A DNA stretch of 64,000 nt from Macrostomum lignano (taxonomy: Eukaryota): assembly GCA_002269645.1 (NCBI GenBank), contig NIVC01000807.1:1-64000 (forward strand), written 5' to 3'. Under the pieces are notes generated by a model. That model did not search any database. It was not told the DNA's origin and saw nothing but the letters and a program-made list of their open reading frames with translations. Positions within the stretch are counted from its first letter, which is position 1. The number at the start of each line of letters is the position of its first letter. Made by a program: the position numbers and the translations under genes. This document shows, piece by piece, positions 50,701 through 64,000 of this stretch.

Positions 50701-53700
50701 AAACTTCCCACAAACTAGAAACTTCCCACACAAACTAGAAACTTCCACACAAACTAGAAACTTCCACACAAACTAGAAACTTCCACACAAACTAGAAACT
50801 TCCACACAAACTAGAAACTTCCACACAAACTAGAAACTTCCCACAAACTAGAAACTTCCCACACAAACTAGAAACTTCCACACAAACTAGAAACTTCCCA
50901 CACAAACTAGAAACTTCCCACACAAACTAGAAACTTCCACACAAACTAGAAACTTCCACACAAACTAGAAACTTCCCACACAAACTAGAAACTTCCGCAC
51001 AAACTAGAAACTTCCCACACAAACTAGAAACTTCCCACACAAACTAGAAACTTCCCACACAAACTAGAAACTTCCCACACAAACTAGAAACTTCCGCACA
51101 AACTAGAAACTTCCCACACAAACTAGAAACTTCCCACACAAACTAGAAACTTCCACACAAACTAGAAACTTCCACACAAACTAGAAACTTCCCACACAAA
51201 CTAGAAACTTCCACACAAACTAGAAACTTCCCACACAAACTAGAAACTTCCACACAAACTAGAAACTTCCACACAAACTAGAAACTTCCACTCAAACTAG
51301 AAACTTGCGACTCAAACTAGAAACTTCCCACACAAACTAGAAACTTCCCACTCAAACTAGAAACTTCCCACACAAACTAGAAACTTCCCACACAAACTAG
51401 AAACTTCCCACACAAACTAGAAACTTCCCACACAAACTAGAAACTTCCCACACAAACTAGAAACTTCCCACACAAACTAGAAACTTCCCACACAAACTAG
51501 AAACTTCCCACACAAACTAGAAACTTCCCACACAAACTAGAAACTTCCCACACAAACTAGAAACTTCCCACACAAACTAGAAACTTCCCACACAAACTAG
51601 AAACTTCCCACACAAACTAGAAACTTCCCACACAAACTAGAAACTTCCCACACAAACTAGAAACTTCCCACACAAACTAGAAACTTCCCACACAAACTAG
51701 AAACTTCCGCACAAACTAGAAACTTCCCACACAAACTAGAAACTTCCCACACAAACTAGAAACTTCCCACACAAACTAGAAACTTCCCACACAAACTAGA
51801 AACTTCCACACAAACTAGAAACTTCCCACACAAACTAGAAACTTCCCACACAAACTAGAAACTTCCCACACAAACTAGAAACTTCCCACACAAACTAGAA
51901 ACTTCCCACACAAACTAGAAACTTCCCACACAAACTAGAAACTTCCCACACAAACTAGAAACTTCCCACACAAACTAGAAACTTCCCACACAAACTAGAA
52001 ACTTCCCACACAAACTAGAAACTTCCCACACAAACTAGAAACTTCCCACACAAACTAGAAACTTCCCACACAAACTAGAAACTTCCCACACAAACTAGAA
52101 ACTTCCCACACAAACTAGAAACTTCCCACACAAACTAGAAACTTCCCACAAAACTAGAAACTTCCCACACAAACTAGAAACTTCCCACACAAACTAGAAA
52201 CTTCCCACACAAACTAGAAACTTCCCACACAAACTAGAAACTTCCACACAAACTAGAAACTTCCCACACAAACTAGAAACTTCCCACACAAACTAGAAAC
52301 TTCCCACAAACTAGAAACTTCCCACACAAACTAGAAACTTCCACACAAACTAGAAACTTCCACACAAACTAGAAACTTCCACACAAACTAGAAACTTCCA
52401 CACAAACTAGAAACTTCCCACACAAACTAGAAACTTCCACACAAACTAGAAACTTCCCACACAAACTAGAAACTTCCCACACAAACTAGAAACTTCCCAC
52501 ACAAACTAGAAACTTCCCACACAAACTAGAAACTTCCACACAAACTAGAAACTTCCCACACAAACTAGAAACTTCCCACACAAACTAGAAACTTCCCACA
52601 CAAACTAGAAACTTCCACACAAACTAGAAACTTCCCACACAAACTAGAAACTTCCCACACAAACTAGAAACTTCCCACACAAACTAGAAACTTCCCACAC
52701 AAACTAGAAACTTCCACACAAACTAGAAACTTCCCACACAAACTAGAAACTTCCACACAAACTAGAAACTTCCACACAAACTAGAAACTTCCACACAAAC
52801 TAGAAACTTCCACACAAACTAGAAACTTCCACACAAACTAGAAACTTCCACACAAACTAGAAACTTCCCACACAAACTAGAAACTTCCCACACAAACTAG
52901 AAACTTCCCACACAAACTAGAAACTTCCACACAAACTAGAAACTTCCCACACAAACTAGAAACTTCCCACACAAACTAGAAACTTCCCACACAAACTAGA
53001 AACTTCCCACACAAACTAGAAACTTCCCACACAAACTAGAAACTTCCCACACAAACTAGAAACTTCCCACACAAACTAGAAACTTCCCACACAAACTAGA
53101 AACTTCCCACAAACTAGAAACTTCCCACACAAACTAGAAACTTCCACACAAACTAGAAACTTCCCACACAAACTAGAAACTTCCCACACAAACTAGAAAC
53201 TTCCCACACAAACTAGAAACTTCCCACACAAACTAGAAACTTCCCACACAAACTAGAAACTTCCCACACAAACTAGAAACTTCCCACACAAACTAGAAAC
53301 TTCCCACACAAACTAGAAACTTCCCACACAAACTAGAAACTTCCACACAAACTAGAAACTTCCCACACAAACTAGAAACTTCCCACACAAACTAGAAACT
53401 TCCCACACAAACTAGAAACTTCCCACACAAACTAGAAACTTCCACACAAACTAGAAACTTCCCACAAACTAGAAACTTCCCACACAAACTAGAAACTTCC
53501 ACACAAACTAGAAACTTCCCACACAAACTAGAAACTTCCACACAAACTAGAAACTTCCACACAAACTAGAAACTTCCCACACAAACTAGAAACTTCCCAC
53601 ACAAACTAGAAACTTCCCACACAAACTAGAAACTTCCCACACAAACTAGAAACTTCCCACACAAACTAGAAACTTCCCACACAAACTAGAAACTTCCCAC

Positions 53701-56700
53701 ACAAACTAGAAACTTCCCACACAAACTAGAAACTTCCCACACAAACTAGAAACTTCCCACACAAACTAGAAACTTCCCACACAAACTAGAAACTTCCCAC
53801 ACAAACTAGAAACTTCCACACAAACTAGAAACTTCCCACACAAACTAGAAACTTCCCACACAAACTAGAAACTTCCCACACAAACTAGAAACTTCCCACA
53901 CAAACTAGAAACTTCCCACACAAACTAGAAACTTCCACACAAACTAGAAACTTCCACACAAACTAGAAACTTCCCACACAAACTAGAAACTTCCACACAA
54001 ACTAGAAACTTCCCACACAAACTAGAAACTTCCCACACAAACTAGAAACTTCCCACAAAACTAGAAACTTCCCACACAAACTAGAAACTTCCACACAAAC
54101 TAGAAACTTCCCACACAAACTAGAAACTTCCCACACAAACTAGAAACTTCCACACAAACTAGAAACTTCCCACAAACTAGAAACTTCCCACACAAACTAG
54201 AAACTTCCCACACAAACTAGAAACTTCCCACACAAACTAGAAACTTCCCACACAAACTAGAAACTTCCACACAAACTAGAAACTTCCCACACAAACTAGA
54301 AACTTCCCACACAAACTAGAAACTTCCCACACAAACTAGAAACTTCCCACACAAACTAGAAACTTCCCACACAAACTAGAAACTTCCCACACAAACTAGA
54401 AACTTCCCACACAAACTAGAAACTTCCCACACAAACTAGAAACTTCCCACACAAACTAGAAACTTCCCACACAAACTAGAAACTTCCCACACAAACTAGA
54501 AACTTCCCACACAAACTAGAAACTTCCCACACAAACTAGAAACTTCCCACAAACTAGAAACTTCCACACAAACTAGAAACTTCCCACACAAACTAGAAAC
54601 TTCCCACACAAACTAGAAACTTCCCACACAAACTAGAAACTTCCCACACAAACTAGAAACTTCCCACACAAACTAGAAACTTCCCACACAAACTAGAAAC
54701 TTCCCACACAAACTAGAAACTTCCCACACAAACTAGAAACTTCCCACACAAACTAGAAACTTCCCACACAAACTAGAAACTTCCCACACAAACTAGAAAC
54801 TTCCCACACAAACTAGAAACTTCCCACACAAACTAGAAACTTCCCACACAAACTAGAAACTTCCCACACAAACTAGAAACTTCCCACACAAACTAGAAAC
54901 TTCCCACACAAACTAGAAACTTCCCACACAAACTAGAAACTTCCCACACAAACTAGAAACTTCCACACAAACTAGAAACTTCCACACAAACTAGAAACTT
55001 CCACACAAACTAGAAACTTCCACACAAACTAGAAACTTCCACACAAACTAGAAACTTCCACACAAACTAGAAACTTCCACACAAACTAGAAACTTCCACA
55101 CAAACTAGAAACTTCCCACACAAACTAGAAACTTCCCACACAAACTAGAAACTTCCCACACAAACTAGAAACTTCCACACAAACTAGAAACTTCCACACA
55201 AACTAGAAACTTCCACACAAACTAGAAACTTCCACACAAACTAGAAACTTCCCACACAAACTAGAAACTTCCACACAAACTAGAAACTTCCCACACAAAC
55301 TAGAAACTTCCCACACAAACTAGAAACTTCCCACAAACTAGAAACTTCCCACACAAACTAGAAACTTCCCACACAAACTAGAAACTTCCCACACAAACTA
55401 GAAACTTCCCACACAAACTAGAAACTTCCCACACAAACTAGAAACTTCCCACACAAACTAGAAACTTCCCACACAAACTAGAAACTTCCCACACAAACTA
55501 GAAACTTCCCACACAAACTAGAAACTTCCCACACAAACTAGAAACTTCCCACACAAACTAGAAACTTCCCACACAAACTAGAAACTTCCCACACAAACTA
55601 GAAACTTCCCACACAAACTAGAAACTTCCCACACAAACTAGAAACTTCCCACACAAACTAGAAACTTCCCACACAAACTAGAAACTTCCCACACAAACTA
55701 GAAACTTCCCACACAAACTAGAAACTTCCCACACAAACTAGAAACTTCCACACAAACTAGAAACTTCCCACACAAACTAGAAACTTCCACACAAACTAGA
55801 AACTTCCACACAAACTAGAAACTTCCACACAAACTAGAAACTTCCACACAAACTAGAAACTTCCACACAAACTAGAAACTTCCACACAAACTAGAAACTT
55901 CCACACAAACTAGAAACTTCCCACACAAACTAGAAACTTCCCACACAAACTAGAAACTTCCACACAAACTAGAAACTTCCCACACAAACTAGAAACTTCC
56001 ACACAAACTAGAAACTTCCACACAAACTAGAAACTTCCACACAAACTAGAAACTTCCACACAAACTAGAAACTTCCCACAAACTAGAAACTTCCCACACA
56101 AACTAGAAACTTCCCACACAAACTAGAAACTTCCCACACAAACTAGAAACTTCCCACACAAACTAGAAACTTCCCACACAAACTAGAAACTTCCCACACA
56201 AACTAGAAACTTCCCACACAAACTAGAAACTTCCCACACAAACTAGAAACTTCCCACACAAACTAGAAACTTCCCACACAAACTAGAAACTTCCCACACA
56301 AACTAGAAACTTCCCACAAACTAGAAACTTCCCACACAAACTAGAAACTTCCCACACAAACTAGAAACTTCCCACACAAACTAGAAACTTCCCACACAAA
56401 CTAGAAACTTCCCACAAACTAGAAACTTCCCACACAAACTAGAAACTTCCCACACAAACTAGAAACTTCCCACACAAACTAGAAACTTCCCACACAAACT
56501 AGAAACTTCCCACACAAACTAGAAACTTCCCACACAAACTAGAAACTTCCCACACAAACTAGAAACTTCCCACACAAACTAGAAACTTCCCACACAAACT
56601 AGAAACTTCCCACACAAACTAGAAACTTCCCACACAAACTAGAAACTTCCCACACAAACTAGAAACTTCCCACACAAACTAGAAACTTCCCACACAAACT

Positions 56701-59700
56701 AGAAACTTCCCACACAAACTAGAAACTTCCCACACAAACTAGAAACTTCCCACACAAACTAGAAACTTCCCACACAAACTAGAAACTTCCCACACAAACT
56801 AGAAACTTCCCACACAAACTAGAAACTTCCACACAAACTAGAAACTTCCACACAAACTAGAAACTTCCACACAAACTAGAAACTTCCACACAAACTAGAA
56901 ACTTCCACACAAACTAGAAACTTCCACTCAAACTAGAAACTTCCACACAAACTAGAAACTTCCACACAAACTAGAAACTTCCCACACAAACTAGAAACTT
57001 CCCACACAAACTAGAAACTTCCCACACAAACTAGAAACTTCCACACAAACTAGAAACTTCCACACAAACTAGAAACTTCCACACAAACTAGAAACTTCCA
57101 CACAAACTAGAAACTTCCACACAAACTAGAAACTTCCCACACAAACTAGAAACTTCCCACACAAACTAGAAACTTCCCACACAAACTAGAAACTTCCCAC
57201 ACAAACTAGAAACTTCCCACACAAACTAGAAACTTCCCACACAAACTAGAAACTTCCCACACAAACTAGAAACTTCCCACACAAACTAGAAACTTCCCAC
57301 ACAAACTAGAAACTTCCCACACAAACTAGAAACTTCCCACACAAACTAGAAACTTCCCACACAAACTAGAAACTTCCCACACAAACTAGAAACTTCCCAC
57401 ACAAACTAGAAACTTCCCACACAAACTAGAAACTTCCCACACAAACTAGAAACTTCCCACACAAACTAGAAACTTCCCACACAAACTAGAAACTTCCCAC
57501 ACAAACTAGAAACTTCCCACACAAACTAGAAACTTCCCACACAAACTAGAAACTTCCCACACAAACTAGAAACTTCCCACACAAACTAGAAACTTCCCAC
57601 ACAAACTAGAAACTTCCCACACAAACTAGAAACTTCCCACACAAACTAGAAACTTCCCACACAAACTAGAAACTTCCCACACAAACTAGAAACTTCCCAC
57701 ACAAACTAGAAACTTCCCACACAAACTAGAAACTTCCCACACAAACTAGAAACTTCCCACACAAACTAGAAACTTCCCACACAAACTAGAAACTTCCCAC
57801 ACAAACTAGAAACTTCCCACACAAACTAGAAACTTCCACACAAACTAGAAACTTCCACACAAACTAGAAACTTCCACACAAACTAGAAACTTCCACACAA
57901 ACTAGAAACTTCCCACACAAACTAGAAACTTCCCACACAAACTAGAAACTTCCCACACAAACTAGAAACTTCCCACACAAACTAGAAACTTCCCACACAA
58001 ACTAGAAACTTCCACACAAACTAGAAACTTCCCACAAACTAGAAACTTCCCACACAAACTAGAAACTTCCCACACAAACTAGAAACTTCCCACACAAACT
58101 AGAAACTTCCCACACAAACTAGAAACTTCCCACACAAACTAGAAACTTCCCACTCAAACTAGAAACTTCCCACACAAACTAGAAACTTCCCACAAACTAG
58201 AAACTTCCACACAAACTAGAAACTTCCCACACAAACTAGAAACTTCCACACAAACTAGAAACTTCCACACAAACTAGAAACTTCCACACAAACTAGAAAC
58301 TTCCACACAAACTAGAAACTTCCACACAAACTAGAAACTTCCCACACAAACTAGAAACTTCCCACACAAACTAGAAACTTCCACACAAACTAGAAACTTC
58401 CCACACAAACTAGAAACTTCCCACACAAACTAGAAACTTCCACACAAACTAGAAACTTCCCACACAAACTAGAAACTTCCCACACAAACTAGAAACTTCC
58501 ACACAAACTAGAAACTTCCCACACAAACTAGAAACTTCCCACACAAACTAGAAACTTCCCACACAAACTAGAAACTTCCACACAAACTAGAAACTTCCCA
58601 CACAAACTAGAAACTTCCCACACAAACTAGAAACTTCCCACACAAACTAGAAACTTCCCACACAAACTAGAAACTTCCCACACAAACTAGAAACTTCCCA
58701 CACAAACTAGAAACTTCCCACACAAACTAGAAACTTCCCACACAAACTAGAAACTTCCCACACAAACTAGAAACTTCCCACACAAACTAGAAACTTCCCA
58801 CACAAACTAGAAACTTCCCACACAAACTAGAAACTTCCCACACAAACTAGAAACTTCCCACACAAACTAGAAACTTCCCACACAAACTAGAAACTTCCCA
58901 CAAACTAGAAACTTCCCACAAACTAGAAACTTCCACACAAACTAGAAACTTCCACACAAACTAGAAACTTCCCACACAAACTAGAAACTTCCCACACAAA
59001 CTAGAAACTTCCCACAAACTAGAAACTTCCCACACAAACTAGAAACTTCCACACAAACTAGAAACTTCCCACACAAACTAGAAACTTCCACACAAACTAG
59101 AAACTTCCCACACAAACTAGAAACTTCCCACACAAACTAGAAACTTCCCACACAAACTAGAAACTTCCCACACAAACTAGAAACTTCCCACACAAACTAG
59201 AAACTTCCCACACAAACTAGAAACTTCCCACACAAACTAGAAACTTCCCACACAAACTAGAAACTTCCCACACAAACTAGAAACTTCCCACACAAACTAG
59301 AAACTTCCCACACAAACTAGAAACTTCCCACACAAACTAGAAACTTCCCACACAACTAGAAACTTCCCACACAAACTAGAAACTTCCCACACAAACTAGA
59401 AACTTCCCACACAAACTAGAAACTTCCCACACAAACTAGAAACTTCCCACACAAACTAGAAACTTCCCACACAAACTAGAAACTTCCCACACAAACTAGA
59501 AACTTCCCACACAAACTAGAAACTTCCCACACAAACTAGAAACTTCCCACACAAACTAGAAACTTCCCACACAAACTAGAAACTTCCCACACAAACTAGA
59601 AACTTCCCACACAAACTAGAAACTTCCCACACAAACTAGAAACTTCCCACACAAACTAGAAACTTCCCACACAAACTAGAAACTTCCCACACAAACTAGA

Positions 59701-59805
59701 AACTTCCCACACAAACTAGAAACTTTCCACACAAACTAGAAACTTCCCACACAAACTAGAAACTTCCCACACAAACTAGAAACTTTCCACACAAACTAGA
59801 AAACT
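35740..59805. repeat. 24-kb satellite array, 20-bp unit AAACTAGAAACTTCCCACAC
   Basis: Period 20 with frequent 19-bp (CC instead of CCC) and 18-bp variants; substitution variants cluster at the left edge and near 51000-51700. Confidence 0.98.
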
Positions 59806-60176
59806 TGACAAATATCAATCAAAAATCTAAGAAATAAAAAAGCATACAAGGAAAACATTAGATCCTAGAAGCCCTTTATTTATTATTGAAAGAAATACTA
59901 AATACAACGGCGAATCCTAATAGCAGTCAAAACAAAACGGTATTGATTTTTTTAAGTTATTAATTTTCAACATTAGCAACTACAGCCTGATAACAATACG
60001 CAGGTATTATCGAAATAAGCATAGCTTTTGCTCAGCAAGACTGTAACGTGCATAGCTAGGAAAAAAGCTATGAACAAGTTGACGGGAAGGGTATTGTTTA
60101 AACTTTATAAGCATACCGGACTGCCCAATCCATTCGATTTGTATTTTACTTAGGCCTGATTCCGAAGGGCCGAGTA

Positions 60177-60850
60177 GAGAGGATGGGAAGAGAGGGGAGA
60201 GAGGAAGAGAGGGGAAGAGAGGAGAGGGGAAGAGAGGAGGGGGAAGAGAGGAGAGGGGAAGAGAGGAGAGGGGAAGAGAGGAGGGGGAAGAGAGGAGAAG
60301 AGGGGAAGAGAGGAGAGGGGAAGAGAGAGGAAGAGGGGAAGAGAGGAGAGGGGAAGAGAGGAGAGGGGAAGAGAGGAGAGGGGAAGAGAGGAAGAGGGGA
60401 AGAGAGGAGAGGGGAAGAGAGGAGAGGGGAAGAGAGGAGAGGGAAGAGAGGAGGGGAATAGAGGAGAAGAGGGGAAGAGAGGAGAGGGGAAGAGAGGGGA
60501 AGAGGGGAATAGAGGAGAGGGGTAGAGAGGAGAGGGGAAGAGAGGAGAGGGGGAAGAGAGGAGAAGAGGGGAAGAGAGGAGAGGGGAAGAGAGGAGAGGG
60601 GAAGAGAGGAGGGGGAAGAGAGGAGAAGAGGGGAAGAGAGGAGAGGGGAAGAGAGGAGAGGGGAAGAGAGGAGGGGGAAGAGAGGAGAAGAGGGGAAGAG
60701 AGGAGAGGGGAAGAGAGGGGAAGAGGGGAATAGAGGAGAGGGGTAGAGAGGAGAGGGGAAGAGAGGAGAGGGGGAAGAGAGGAGAAGAGGGGAAGAGAGG
60801 AGAGGGGAAGAGAGGAGAGGGGAAGAGGGAGAAAGAAAGGGGAGAAGAGG
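60177..60850. repeat. Polypurine repeat (~GAGAGGAGAGGGGAA)n downstream of TOP3B
   Basis: Almost pure G/A on the plus strand. Confidence 0.9.
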
Positions 60851-61153
60851 GGAAAGAGGAGAGGAAAAAGGGTGAAACAGAGGGAGATGAAGACAGAATA
60901 TTAAGAAAACTGAAGCGCATTAATGAGATACAGAAAAAAAGCTTTAGAAAAAGAGAGAAAATACAAAGGAATATCGACAAGACAAGAGATGGGACTCCGG
61001 GAAATCTTAACGATGGGGCTCTTAAAACGATTCTCAGTTCTGGATTAGACAGAGCGTTTATGCGCAAACCGTCTGGTTCCCAAACCCACATTTGATACTC
61101 GATCTGTTTTGCATAATTCCAAGACGGCGCAATCACAAATTTCAGGGTTTTTT

Positions 61154-63396
<2,243 letters not shown>

Positions 63397-63443
63397 CTGC
63401 CGGTTTTGGGGGCAAGGGAGCGCGTGGCAGTTAGAGTGGATGC

Positions 63444-63444
<1 letters not shown>

Positions 63445-63474
<30 letters not shown>

Positions 63475-63507
63475 CATAGACAGACAGACACATAGACAGA
63501 CAGACAC

Positions 63508-63538
<31 letters not shown>

Positions 63539-63555
63539 CATAGACAGACAGACAC

Positions 63556-63586
<31 letters not shown>

Positions 63587-63603
63587 CATAGACAGACAGA
63601 CAC

Positions 63604-63690
<87 letters not shown>

Positions 63691-63733
63691 CATAGACAGA
63701 CACAGACAGACAGACACAGACAGACAGACAGAC
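63445..63733. repeat. (CAGA)n microsatellite with CACATAGA variants in a TOP3B intron
   Basis: Direct reading. Confidence 0.95.
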
Positions 63734-64000
63734 ATCATAGATTGGAATCCTAAATGTACTTTAAATAAAACCCGTAAATGTAATTTATGTGAATTTTCTG
63801 AGACGAAACTGAATTAGAAGTAAAGATAAAATCGAGAAAAACCGTTCTCTTAACAAAATCACGTGACTTTTAGGTTCTCAAAGGACATCCGGGACGGATG
63901 GACGTTCTTGAAACGTGAGCAATTAAAATCTTAGTCAAGGGCAGCGGAGCGCCCGTGACAACTGCGCGGGAGCCGTAGCGGGAGAGGGGGCAGGACAACA

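Noticed and set aside
35740-59805. CRISPR-like or telomeric interpretation of the large arrays
   Set aside because: Units are head-to-tail with no unique spacers, there are no cas genes, the context is eukaryotic, and the unit is not TTAGGG-like.
61045-61153. Extended TOP3B tail ending ...RRFAHKRSV
   Set aside because: Better explained by a single missing G; the corrected frame ends in an RGG box at 61154.

Overview
Eukaryotic (metazoan) genomic DNA. GC-rich compact exons alternate with many tandem-repeat arrays, which fits a free-living flatworm such as Macrostomum (inferred from style, not proven). The minus strand carries five consecutive conserved genes: TOP3B (last two exons; the 5' part lies beyond the window end), TAF7 (2 exons), CHFR (5 exons; FHA, RING, Cys-rich and PBZ domains), a TMEM223-like gene (1 exon) and RABL3 (2 exons). 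The plus strand carries the last exon of a leucine-rich-repeat (FBXL/AMN1-like) gene and an intronless 590-aa ankyrin-like/SOCS-box-like gene. More than half of the window is satellite DNA, chiefly a 12.9-kb 23-mer array and a 24-kb 20-mer array, plus about 18 smaller arrays; the huge ORFs in the track are artefacts of these repeats. Mobile DNA comprises a 5'-truncated non-LTR retrotransposon (RT and RNase H), a 1.2-kb foldback element flanked by TTAA, and a mariner 3'-end remnant. The most interesting observation is that CHFR has no usable in-frame ATG before its FHA domain, and both CHFR and RABL3 have a phase-0 CAG acceptor close to where their homologues begin. This matches initiation from the 3'-terminal AUG of a flatworm spliced leader within a candidate trans-spliced polycistron whose spacers are satellite arrays. 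Frameshifts in TAF7, TOP3B and the RT are almost all single-base shortenings of G/C runs and are probably long-read consensus errors. Human protein sequences used for comparison were recalled from memory, not searched.
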